DNA from: Mytilus californianus
Lineage: Eukaryota
Reading direction: 5' to 3'
Length of the DNA stretch: 64,000 bases
Assembly: GCF_021869535.1 (NCBI RefSeq)
Contig: NW_026262593.1
Location: 40,300,001-40,364,000 of the forward strand
The notes under the pieces are model-generated. The model saw only the letters and a list, made by a program, of their open reading frames with translations. It did not search any database and was not told the DNA's origin. The position numbers were made by a program, and so were the translations under genes. Shown here one piece after another: positions 13,051 through 25,434 of this stretch (within the stretch, counting starts at the first letter, position 1; every line of letters starts with the position of its first letter).

Positions 13051-13219
13051 TGGCGGATTCAGGGGTGTGTTATTCCGGGGATTGGAACCCACCCTTTTTG
13101 TTTGATAACTAATGTTATTTATGGGGACACATAGTTGAACCCCCTTTTTTATATGACTTGCATGTGTTGGAACCCCCCTTTTTTCCCCATCTTTTTAAAA
13201 ATAGCTGGATCAGCGCCTG
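13051..13219. mobile_element. MITE related to the 9560/11717 elements
   Basis: tggcggattcag ... ctggatcagcgcctg flanked by the 8-bp direct repeat ctaacaat (13043-13050, 13220-13227). Confidence 0.6.
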
Positions 13220-13304
13220 CTAACAATATATAAGCCCTAGAATCAATCCAACCTTTTCAACTGAGGAAACATTTCTTGATCCGTGTGCATTCAGATTGCT
13301 GGTC

Positions 13305-13400
13305 TCAGCAGAGACGTATAAAACGTCTCTCTCTCGTCTGAAACTACTATAATGTGTTATAGTAGTTTCACCACTGAGAGACATATAAAATGTCATAAAG
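13305..13400. repeat. Nested palindrome / small fold-back element
   Basis: Perfect 14-bp stem tgaaactactataa-tgtg-ttatagtagtttca plus the hairpin agagacgt-ataaa-acgtctct. Confidence 0.65.
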
Positions 13401-13589
13401 CGGATTATGACAGAAAAAAATCATCAATAAATTCATAGCTATTGTTAAAAACTATTTAGAGATAAACGTAGACGTATATTTAAATACTTCTTTGTGAATC
13501 ACAGATTTTCTTCTGATTACGTTTTTTTTTCTTAACAACAGTTTTTTCAGGTTTAAAAAATTTCACCCTTCAGTAACCTCATTGAATTT

Positions 13590-13664
13590 TTTTTGGGACA
13601 GTCTAGGGGCGATAATCCGTTTCTTTGTAAAACAAAACGGTACTTTTTTATGCATTTCCGGCAG
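13590..13664 (+). promoter_or_regulatory. Candidate promoter/TSS region of the zinc-finger gene
   Basis: Last CpG-rich stretch before a long CpG-poor region; ETS-like ATTTCCGG (CCGGAAAT on -) at 13654-13661; lies just before a good splice donor at 13701. Confidence 0.35.
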
Positions 13665-13700
13665 ATATGCCATGCAAGTGGAATGGTTAAACAAATGTAG
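13665..13700 (+). other. Predicted 5' exon of the zinc-finger gene (5' boundary uncertain); carries ATG 13672, MQVEWLNKC
   Basis: Donor TAG|GTAGGT at 13700/13701; phase 2 relative to ATG 13672, matching the phase of exons 2 and 3. Confidence 0.4.
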
Positions 13701-16700
13701 GTAGGTAACATTGCACCTTATAATATTCATGTGTCATGCAACATTGACTTTTGCATTGTTTACAATGAATATCACAAATCTGACGCACATCAACAAAAAG
13801 GAATGTGGTGGTCAAGATAGACAATAAAAAAATAGTTGACCCGTTCATTTATTGATTTTCTCAGGGTTTCTTGGTACACATACAATGACCAGTATTTACA
13901 TTTCATTTGTTAACATGTTTACACAGGATGATAAAATAAAAACGTGAGAACAAAAATGTGTACATGTTTTTTTTTTAATTCTGCAACTTTTTTAACCACA
14001 GTGATAAAATGTGACTCAGTTTATATATATACACAAGCACTTGCTACAGAACAATGCAAGTTTATAATGTTATTCATCTAATGGACACCTCAAAAATGTG
14101 GAATGTACATTCTTCTCAAAAATTGGGTGTTCAAGTCCTTAAAAGTTTTTTTTACAGTCTTTTACATATATTTTTAACATGGGTACAGATTAGAAAAAGG
14201 GGGGGGGGGGCACAGGTTTACTCTGACACCATGACATTAGAAGAAATATTTGAAAATCACAATTTTCCTTCAAATTACTTGAAAATGGGAAAATTTAGAT
14301 AAACTTAAATTTTCATTCACACAATAAATTTTTTTTTTTTTAAACTTCTTTTTTGGTGAGTATTAGCTTAAAAATCCTTTACTCTTATGGTCTTTAAGAT
14401 ATTTGCACATTGTATGTGAAGACCAATCAGAAATCAGCATGGGGCCAAAGAGTTATTCTATTGGTTAAGGACCAGTTACCATTATTGTGCATGACTTGTT
14501 ACATGAATATAGGAATTTGGTGTTAACTTCAGTATTTTAGGAAAACTTTTTTAAGAAATCCCTATAACGAAGGCTGAATGTGATGTAGGTTTTTTTGTGA
14601 AATCATACAGTCATTGGTAATAAAAAGTTGCGCAAATTGATCTTTCCAATTCAAATGCATACAGAAAAAAAATCTATTGTTGATTTTTTCTTGTAATTTC
14701 AATGTATTCATTTTTTAGCTAGAATAGAAAATATTTTATTAAATGCTGGCCATACTATTTCCCTTTTTTTGGCATTTAATTTGCTCCCTTTGTATTCTAA
14801 ATGCAACATCATTGTTTAGCTATTCCTGCCTGCTATATTATAAAATGTCCTTAAATGACAATTATTTAATTACTTTTCAATTTTTGATCATCAAGGCAAG
14901 AAACACAAATATATCATTTGAACCCAACTGTCAATTGACTGTTGAAGTAAATGCTCTTTACCAATTTTTTGCATTTTTTTTTTTTTTTTAAAGACTTTCT
15001 TCTTTGAAACTTCAAAAACAATTATCCCAAACTAGAATTTATCTTAACATAGTGGTGAAATGCAACTCTTTACCTTACATCTAGAAAAACAATGGAGAAT
15101 TTGACTGTCAAAAATGCTCAGAAAGTAAAAATCCACTGAAAAATTTCTTCCATCAAATTTTTAATGATATTTTATTTGAGTTATGGCCCTTTTTGATGAT
15201 TTTTACTAAATTTGAGAGTTTTTGAACATTTTCCTGAGGTCAAGGAAAATTGGTTAATAGGATTTTTTATTTTTAGTTTATTGAATGATATGATGCATTG
15301 ATTTCACTTGAACATAAAAAAAAAACTTTTTGTATTTAAAAAAAATAAGGAATACTTGATTTCCTGAAGAAATATTTTGATAAATTAAAAAATGGAAATT
15401 AGAAAATTTACATGGATAAATAATTTGTTAAAGTCAGACAGCTGCAGTTGAAATTTCCTGTCATGTGGTAAATTTATGGCAGAATTATATTATTCATGAG
15501 TACATGTATGGTGCTGCTTTAATTACCTAATTTGTTGAAAAATTAAACACACAATTTTGTATACTAAATTTTCTTCATACAAAGAAGGTAGATGTATAAG
15601 GCCACCTTTTTGGCCCCTCAAATTCAAAAATCAAATAAGTATTATCAATCTGTTAAATAACATCTTATAGATGTTCAAAATATTCTAATCTGCCAGATGT
15701 CTACATATATAAAAATAAGGAGATATGGTATGATTGCCAATGAGACAACTATCCACCAAATTTCAAATGAAGTGGATGTTAGCAATTATGGGCAACTGTA
15801 CAGCCCTCAATAATGAGAAAAGCCCATAGTGTATATTCCGCTAGTAAAGGCCCCTATATATGAAAAATATGAAACAATTCAATTGAGAAAACTAATGGCC
15901 TAATTTATAACAAAACAAATATGACAGACTTGAACCAATAACAAACACTGTACTTGGACAGGCTCATTAAGAATGTTGCTGGGTTAAACATGTTTGAAGT
16001 GCCATTTTTACATCTGTCCATTTGTAATTATAATTTTGAAAACTATAACATGCATTTGCTTAGCACTTAACTTCTTGCTTTTCATCAAAACTGCCTAAAT
16101 GGCCTCATTTGAAATTTTGTCTTTTAATAATTTTAATAATATGAGTCACAGTCTAACTCATAGCAATATTTTGCAACAAGATGTTCATTTGGGTAAAATA
16201 TCTTTGTTTGGGAAGGCTGTTGCCCATATTTAAGTTTGTCAAAAAATTGCCATTTTAGATCAATTATGTCAATTTCAACATGTTTATGACATCACAACTG
16301 ACATTTCTGCTCTAAAGAGTTGTCAAGATTATATCATCCTTTTCATCATGTTCATTTACCAATAAAATTAACCTAATTTTGAAAGCATTGAAGAGCTTTA
16401 CTGTTTTTGCATTTTCAAGGCCATATAATGGCTCTTACAATTGTATATCCTACATCCTTTGTACTTCCTGCTTTAACAGTAGGATTTTTTTTTGGCTGCA
16501 CTAGATTCGCTATAGATATATGTGGCAGGTGGATTTTCAAATATATTGTATTTTTTTCATGGCAATAAGATATAACCTGAACAAATGATACTTTTTCACT
16601 TACAGTTTTACAATGTTTTTTCGGTCTCTCAGTCACTTTCAGACACATTAAAGATATAATGAGTGAGATTTTTGTTTATAATCTGTGTACCTGACTGTTA

Positions 16701-16813
16701 ATTTGTACAAGAGAAGGCCAAAGGAGGTAGAGAAGGTGCTGTCTCTTTCTTTCCATAAACAAATTACAGTGTACATGAACTGACCCTGTACTGTATACTT
16801 CGCCAAAAAAAAG

Positions 16814-17031
16814 TAATGTAAATTCAGAAATTATTGCGAGGTTTTTATTATAAATCCAAATAATGTGAAAGTGTAAGTATCGTAAAAATTGAAACTCACA
16901 TTCTGATTGATATCTGATACATATAGCTATATGAAAATTTTCATGAAGTCTCAATAATTAATCTCGCATTTTTGTCCATTCTTCAAAAATTGCAATAATA
17001 AATGCGCACAACAATTTCTGAATTTACAGTA
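16814..17031. mobile_element. TA-flanked MITE (TACTGTAAATTCAGAAATTATTGCG-type TIR)
   Basis: gtaaattcagaaattattgcg ... acaatttctgaatttacagta; a second copy at 31226-31433, partial relatives at ~28222-28409 and ~43060-43150. Confidence 0.75.
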
Positions 17032-17329
17032 GTTATAGTTAATGTTATACAACAAGTTAATATTAATTATTTGTTATAAAAGCAACAGAATGCACATTTT
17101 TGTTGAGTCTGCCACATTTATGTTGTGGAAGCGAGACAAAGCCAAACAAACAATGTACATTCAAGGAGCAGGGCATCAGCATTGAGTTCAGTCTGGTTAA
17201 GTTTTTTTAGACATCAATAACTTTGTCATATAAAAATAAAAAGATGTGGTATAATTGCCAACGAGACAACTCTCCACAAGAGATCAAATGACAGTAATTA
17301 ACAACCGTAGGTCACTATATCTTCTTTGG

Positions 17330-17890
17330 AACTTTATGAAATTTGGACAGAAGTCAAAATACAGTAAATTCCATATCACAAAGGGAAGGCTGGGATTGAG
17401 TTTTGGGGTAATTGCCCCAAACTTGCAGGAATTAGGGGCAAAAAAGGGGCCAAAAACAAGCATTTTTAGTTTCCAGACAATAACTTGTGTTTCAGTGTAT
17501 GGATCTCTCTAAAATTGTACTACAAGGTTCCATACTACAAAGGGAGGGCTGGGATTGAGTTTGGGGGTAATTACTCCAAGGGGGGGGGGGGGGTTCAAAA
17601 AGTTTGGGGGATTCCAATTTTTTGGGGGGCTCATACTTTTTTTCTTCAAAATTTTTGAAATTTCAAATTTTTTGAAAATTTTCAAGAAGAAATCTTCAAT
17701 TGCACAGTATTGCGCAATAGATTTTTAAGATCTTTGACCACATTTATTTTGTGTCAGAAACCTAAATTATTTCAAAAATTTGATCACAATCCAAATTCAG
17801 ACAGTATCAAGCTTGAATATTGTGTCCAAATTTGCCCCAACTGTTCAGTGTTCGACCTCTGCGGTCATATCAGGCTGCAAAGCATTTTAT
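17330..17890 (+). mobile_element. HINE-like element fragment with two core repeats
   Basis: Two ~160-bp repeats (caaaggga.ggctgggattgagttt.ggggtaatt) and a 3' motif gttcgacctctgcggtc. Confidence 0.5.
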
Positions 17891-18015
17891 TTCATTTTAC
17901 CTTATTTTTACTGGTTAATGGACTTTAATTATTTATATGTTCCGCGGAACCCTTACGAATTTGATTTATTCCTTGTTGTTTTTTCAGAATGAGGAAAAGA
18001 ACCAAATAATCCGCT

Positions 18016-18077
18016 ATGGCAGCCACAAAGAGTTTTCTGTCAGAGTCCAGAAACTTTAATCAGTCAAATGAATTAAG
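18016..18077 (+). CDS. Zinc-finger gene, predicted first coding exon (exon 17988-18077); MAATKSFLSESRNFNQSNEL+AG
   Basis: Strong acceptor ttccttgttgttttttcag|17988, donor AAG|GTAATA at 18077/18078, Kozak-like gctATGG, and phase 2 matching the acceptor at 38322. Confidence 0.6.
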
Positions 18078-19066
18078 GTAATAAATTTAAGATTACTATT
18101 AATAGTCCAACAATAATGGACAGTACACATAATGTTATTTTGTAAAAAAAATCACTGATGTTGAGGAATTCGCTGTAAAACAGGGTGATTGCTAGTGAAT
18201 TGAGGTGATACATGTGTAACTGAGATAAAGTACATTGTTGTATATGTACTATATGGAATATAAAAGAGAGAAATGTTTCAAATTGAATCACCTTCAATCA
18301 CCAGCAATCACTGTGAAAATTCACCAACAAGAGTGATTTTTATCTGAATTACATAGGGTATTGTACTCTTTCAATAATTCTAAAATTAAAAACGTGTACA
18401 GTGTATGTTATTCTGTGTTATCCCCAGGTCGTTAAAGCAATGTAGTATTTAGCAGTGTCTTTTTCCCCACTGTTTTATTGTTAACTATTTATACCTGCAA
18501 AGTGGAAGAAGTTCTTATATGGAAAATGTCTAGGGGAGATAAGCCATAGGATCTTTTTTGTGTTTCACAATTTCTTTCATAACAGTTTATTTTGCATTTT
18601 GTAGATGAATTATTTATTTTACAAATAAATTTTGCAATCAACATTTGAATGAGTTTAATTATTTATAAAATAATTATCGAAAACATCATGTAAGATAGCT
18701 TCGGCACTATATATTGCATAAATAAACAATATTTTGACAATAATATGTCAGTTTTTATAGAACAATCAACTAGAGTGTTAAGGTTATGCAGTATTTGTCA
18801 CTTACAAATTTTGCTTTTTATTTGATTTAATAACATTTTTATTTCAAATATTTTGAACAAATGTTAAGGGCATTTATGGTTTGATATTAACAAACCATGT
18901 ACTGTTGAAAGATACATAATTGTCGGAAGTTAATTATTTATTTGTTCATGATTTTGTCTTGAGTTGTATTTGTTTTTTCCTGATATGAACATTATTAAAA
19001 CACTTTTTACAATTTTATGTGGTTGAAATAAATATCAAATTTCTGGTAAAAAATAATGCTAATGTT

Positions 19067-20131
19067 CAAGGTTGGGCGGTATTTACCACCCCCGGTATTT
19101 ACCAGTGGTATTTACCGGTATTTACCGCCCCGGACAATACTCCCCAAGTGGTCAATACTGGCAAATACTGGTCAATTGAAATTTTCATGCTTCTTTTGAC
19201 TGACTTATCTTTCAATTCTAGTAAAAAAATGGTTGATGAGGGAAAACTTTATTCCTTTGGCATGATTCAATTTATAAAAATGAATGATATTGGTATGTTT
19301 TTAATTATTAAAACTTTAAAAATGACTAATTTAGTTCTTAGGGGTAATGATATTGCATACTTTTGGTATACATATAAAATTGAGCAGCTATATCAGTTAT
19401 TCTAACATGTATAAATCAAGATATTTTTTTCTTGAAAAGGTTTGAATTTTACAGGTAAATAGAATTACAAGTGACTAGCAATATAGATTATCAGAACATT
19501 ACCTATTATATGGCTAACAGGTGTCAAAAGTTTAATTACTATAACAACTGTCCCCTAATAAATGTTGACATAACAGGAAAAAAGTCATAAAAGTGATTTC
19601 TAAAGATTGCATGTTTTAAACAATGAATTAATTCCTGACTATTCAACAGCATGATAAAAATGTTCTAAATGCAGGAAATGTTTTTTTTAATAAATATATA
19701 ACATATATCTATATAAAACAATTTTTTTTAATTTTTTAATTGCATCTTTCAAAATAATTGTTAAGAAAATCAGATGTTATATAGTCTCTCTTAAGTGACT
19801 GACTTCATGGTGTTAATGACTATATCTGTTGTATGATTAAATTAATATTTGATAAATCTTCATTAAACCATGTTCATGAACTAATTAATTGTGACTTTTT
19901 GTCTTATTACAATGTAGTAAATAAGTGACTTTCTGCCTTGTGACTATATCTATCCATTTACCAAGTAATTGACCTGAGGTAGGGACTAGTTTTATAGTAA
20001 AGTCCTATCAAAATTTCAATTGACCAGTATTTGCCAGTATTGACCAGTATTTGCCAGTATTTCCCGGTATTTACCGGTATTTACCGCCGGCATGGTCAAT
20101 ACTAGTATTGACCGCTTTTTTGCCAACCTTG
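19067..20131. mobile_element. Non-autonomous hAT transposon, 1065 bp
   Basis: TIR CAAGGTTGG/CCAACCTTG; perfect 8-bp TSD ctaatgtt (19059-19066, 20132-20139); subterminal ggtatttacc repeats; no transposase ORF. Confidence 0.9.
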
Positions 20132-22193
20132 CTAATGTTTATATCATCAGAAAAGAGAATTCTTCACAACAAAAACTATAACCAAATAAACATGTGACAA
20201 TTGGGGCAATATGTGCAATTGTGTCTCCATAGGCGGTAATGGTAACGTTTTCTTCTGTAGCTCAGTCCATATCGTAAACTTGGATATGTATGATGGCTCG
20301 TTTCGAAGCTGAGACATTTTCACATATGTTGTTAAATTTTTGGGGTACGAAGTGTGATTCATTTTTCTGTGAATTAGCATACCCCGAAAATCCTTTCGTG
20401 ATGCGGCTCTTCCTGGTAAAAAATCCCTTTTTTCACACAATAAATTCTTTGAAAATTTAATACTTTGAATACATTTAATAACTAAATAGTTTTTACACAT
20501 TTATTCTATGGTCCTCTACTTTCCAAATCAACACAAATGGTTAAGCTCAGTTACATGTCCAATATCACTACACAGAGATTTTTTGTTTACACACAAATTT
20601 TGTGTTCCTCAATTTGAGGCGCATTAGGGATATTGACCCAATTGCTTCTATTAGTACTAAAGTTTATTAAAAATTAACCAGAAATGACCTCACAATAATT
20701 TTTATATGAAATATATAGCAAAATATTGTAGGTAACAAATATAGTTCTTACAATGTTATAAAATGGTTGAAGAGGGACAAGTTGTAGCATCTGTCCTTGT
20801 ATTCAAGAGACTTGTCTCTAGAGACAGATTTCTAAATTTAAAAAAAAGATTGGGAGGCTCTGATTGATATCAGGAGAGTTGACACATGTCATTAGGCCAA
20901 ACTAAATATATACAGTCTTCCAGCTTGATCATTTTCACAGAACGGTCCGCCCACCCTTTCCTGACTGACGCCCTGTGCCGTTTTTATAAATGAATTCCAA
21001 ATATTGATTTAAAAGTTTTTACAAAGATAATGATTATGCAGTGAAATAGTCGTTAAAATTTCATTTATGCTGTGATTCCTGATTTTTTTAAAAAGAGAAA
21101 CACAACTTTTGTTGATCAGGAATGTTTCCTAAAATTAACTGAAGTGAAATTGTGAATAGATTTCCGGATTCTTGTTCTAATCTTCCTATTTAAGCATCAC
21201 ATCAGTCAAATCATGCAATAATTGCCTACATTTGTAGCATGCCTAAGGCCTTCAAAGATCCTGTTCCTTGAAGGACTTAGGCATATGTATAGCTAGTAAT
21301 ATACGTAATTGGTCCCTTGCTGTTACCCAAAATAAGGTTGATTTTCATCTGGCGCAAAAGTGACTAAAGCCCTCAAAATCCTAGCTGAAACCCTGCTGTT
21401 TACATAACAAAAAACAAAGTTTGACATGCCCTTTTTGCATTATCAATCAGCGTGCTAAAGTTTCTTTTCATGACTGGCTCCCTGCCCTTTTGAAATCCTG
21501 CATGGAACACTGATATATACTTGTTTCCTGTCTCCTGGTAGAAAAAGATAGGGAAGGTAGGTAATTAAAATAAAAACATTTATCTGGGCAATATTTGGAA
21601 ATGTTCTGGACTCTTAAAGTTGCTTAACCAAAAAGTCCATAAAATGTGTTCAAGTATATATGCATGTATATTCAGGTTAGTTTGGCATGTATATTCAGGT
21701 TAGTTTGGGAGGCAGTAATCACAAATATATATTTTTGTTAACTTTAAGAATCTTTCTTTAAACAAGTTCTATGTTCATTCGCAATCATCTACAAAGGAAG
21801 TTTTACATCATTTGATAGTAATTTTTCAGGATTTCTTATTTTCCTCTGACGTTTGTCCGAGACATTAGATAATACAATGAACTTCACTAAGAATGTTTTG
21901 GTTAAGTTGATGATGACCACATACATGTACATGATTCAATTTATGAGTATCAGTTTATAAATGAACATTTGGTTATTTTTGTTGTTTGATTGCTGCTTCA
22001 TTGACCTTTCACCCATACATGTAGATACCCCACATCTTCTTTTATTCATAATCATAGACTTAATTACAGAACAGTTGAATCTCCCATTATAAATTGATTC
22101 TATTTCAGCTTACTTCATATTCTTATATGTTTGTTTTTATGTTGACCAAAACTCAGTCTTTTAAATTCCAAAACATTTTATATTATAATAAAA

Positions 22194-22426
22194 GAGGGTC
22201 TAGATGGGGTTTACAGAATAGAGGTTAATGGGCAAAAAGTACAGAATAAAAGAAAGAGAAAAATAGGCAAAAGAATAGAGAAGAGAGAATAATGGGGGTG
22301 CTAAAATATAAAATGATAAAGAAGAATTGGTATAAAGATTTAAAAAAAACTGGCATGAAATATTAAAGAACACATTTATGCAGAAATGAAGACCCCCCCA
22401 ACCTCAGACCCCCAATCCAGACCCTT
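22194..22426. mobile_element. MITE family D
   Basis: GAGGGTCTAGATGGGG ... CCCCAATCCAGACCCTT with internal agaataga repeats (opposite orientation to the 4849 copy). Confidence 0.75.
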
Positions 22427-23204
22427 GTATAATATAAATTTACTGCATGCTGTACAATTGTGATGAAAGGAAGACAACTCCATTAAGTTTTATGACAATA
22501 TAAAAATAAGGAGATGTGATATGATTGCCAAAGTCCACCAGAGTTCAAATGAAGTGGATGTAAGCAATTATAGGCGACTGTACAGCCTTCAACAATAAGA
22601 AAAACCTAAATTGTATAGTCTGCTATGAAAGGCTTCAACATAAAAAATTTGTAACAATTCATACATGAAAACAAGTTCACAAGTTAAATAGCACTTTTAA
22701 AGAACATCATTTATGTAGCTATATTTAATGTATAAGAAAGACCTTTGAAAAAAAGAGGAATAAATAAATATAAATAAAAAATAGAAACAGAATATGCATC
22801 GTCTGAAAGATAAAACGCTGCGATCAATCAGTTTAGGTCCACAAACTACGCACATCACAGCGGAACAGTACATGTTAACTAATCACTGCTACATGTAACA
22901 CATCCCAGATGGTAAAATATAGCTAAACGAATAATACAGCTGACCACCTCATGAAAGTTGGTTGATTGATTGATGATCGCTTAACTTCTCATCTAGGCTA
23001 AAAAGGCAATATTGCAAAGAGAAGGTAAATTTTATCACTAGGTATATTATTGATGGGAGATACTGATCTTTATTATTATGTATTGGTCATTTCAGGTCAT
23101 TTCAGCCATTGCAATTATTTTTTTTCTGCTTGACCATTGACTAAATGCTCCTAGAATAATAGAGTTATTTTTGATAAATGTATATTTGAGGAAATTTTAT
23201 CAGT

Positions 23205-23292
23205 GGTTGTCTTTAGGCTAAAAAATATATACCGCTAACCAGTACTTGATTTCTATAAATACTGCTAACCAGTACTTGATCCTATATATATC
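23205..23292. repeat. Three ~28-bp tandem repeats
   Basis: gctaaccagtacttgat occurs three times. Confidence 0.85.
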
Positions 23293-23438
23293 GCTAACCA
23301 GTACTTGATTCTTGCCTTCTGGCAGAAAAAAGGGTAGGTAGGTTAAAAAGTAAAAACAAATATTGAATATTTTACTTTAGACTACTAGTATATAGGGAAA
23401 TGTTCTGGATTTTAACAGTGCTTAAAGTTCATGTGGAT

Positions 23439-23767
23439 CACGGGGGGGGGGGTCTCTTCCTATATGAAGGTATATACATATGTGCCACTGGAATGGGTCC
23501 CTTTTTTGATACATCAAATATATCAATGGGGTGCAATTTTACCGAGGAAATATATCAATAGGTAGTAATTGACCAATTGTGATATATTAATGGGTCATCA
23601 TTTTTCAGTTTGTTGTGCAACAATCTTCACTGAATGGGTTATGATTTTGCTGTGAAATATATGTATAGGTAGGGATTTCACAATTATTCAATATATGAAT
23701 GGGGGTGTTTTTAAATCCCAGCTGCACAACTGTACCCAAAATCCCATGTTGAAACCCCCCCCCCGTG
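23439..23767. mobile_element. MITE with G/C-run termini
   Basis: CAC(G)n ... (C)nGTG ends; direct repeat atgtggat at 23431-23438 and 23768-23775 (8 bp, or 9 bp if the left end is shifted by one). Confidence 0.75.
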
Positions 23768-24253
23768 ATGTGGATCCTTTGGCTGAAATGGCTGTATTTT
23801 AAATTTGGAGGTGAAAAAATTGTCTGGACTTTAAAGATGATTAACTTAAAATATCCATAAAAAGTTTTAAGGTAGGCATGAACATTAAGGATAGGTACGT
23901 AGGGAAGAGCCTTATCACTTTTTTTTTTTTTTTTTAATTTCTACTGAGAAATTGAAAATTAAAAATCTTTAGTCATTTTTGTTTAATTCCTTCCTTTCAC
24001 AGATTGTTTAAACTCTGACCAATTAAGACGTGAATGAAAAGAGACTTTGGACATACATTTATTTCTATGAGAAAGCAACCCTTAACATGTTAAAGCCAAA
24101 AAAGACATTAACAGAGCAACATATGGCCTTGACACATGTTCATACCGTTCCAGTACATCAAGCTAGCTTTTGATAGGGTCTAGACAAGTTGTGATGCAGT
24201 TACTGGAAGCAAGTTCTCAGAACCTTATATCATATGATAAAGATTTCATTCAG

Positions 24254-25433
24254 TGTTTAGAGTTTACCATATAGCATAGGTCGTTCTTTGTGGGTGTTAG
24301 AGTTTACCATATAGCATAGGTCGTTCTTTGTGGGTGTTAGAGTTTACCATATAGCATAGGTCGTTCTTTGTGGGTGTTAGAATATACCATATAGCATAGG
24401 TCGTTCTTTGTGGGTGTTACAGTTTACCATATAGCATAGGTCGTTCTTTGTAGGTGTTAGAGTTTACCATATAGCATATGTCGTTCTTTGTGGGTGTTAG
24501 AGTTTACCATATAGCATAGGTCGTTCTTTGTGGGTGTTAGAGTTTACCATATAGCATAGGTCGTTCTTTGTGGGTGTTAGAGTTTACCATATAGCATAGG
24601 TCGTTCTTTGTGGGTGTTAGAGTTTACCATATAGCATAGGTCGTTCTTTGTGAGTGTTAGAGTTTACCATATAGCATAGGTCGTTCTTTGTGAGTGTTAG
24701 AGTTTACCATATATCATAGGTCGTTCTTTGTGAGTGTTAGAGTTTACCATATAGCATAGGTCGTTCATTGTGGGTGTTAGAGTTTACCATATAGCATAGG
24801 TCGTTCTTTGTGGGTGTTAGAGTTTACCATATAGCATAGGTCGTTCTTTATGAATGTTAGAGTTTACCATATAGCATAGGTCGTTCTTTGTGAGTGTTAG
24901 AGTTTACCATATAGCATAGGTCGTTCTTTGTGAGTGTTAGAGTTTACCATATATCATAGGTCGTTCTTTGTGAGTGTTAGAGTTTACCATATAGCATAGG
25001 TCGTTCATTGTGGGTGTTAGAGTTTACCATATAGCATAGGTCGTTCTTTGTGGGTGTTAGAGTTTACCATATAGCATAGGTCGTTCTTTATGAATGTTAG
25101 AGTTTACCATATAGCATTGTTAGAGTTTACCATATAGCATAGGTCGTTCTTTTTGGGTGTTAGAGTTTACCATATAGCATAGGTCGTTCTTTGTGGGTGT
25201 TAGAGTTTACCATATAGCATAGGTCATTCTTTGTGAGTGTTAGATTTACCATATAGTATAGGTCGTTCTTTGTGGGTGTTAGAGTTTACAATATAGCATA
25301 GGTCGTTCTTTGTGGGTGTTAGAGTTTACCATATAGCATAGGTCGTTCTTTGTGGGTGTTAGAGTTTACCATATAGCATAGGTCGTTCTTTGTGGGTGTT
25401 AGAGTTTACCATATAGCATAGGTCGTTCTTTGT
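24254..25433. repeat. 40-bp minisatellite, ~29 copies
   Basis: Unit agtttaccatatagcataggtcgttctttgtgggtgttag; explains ORF 25359-25625. Confidence 0.97.
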
Positions 25434-25434
25434 C

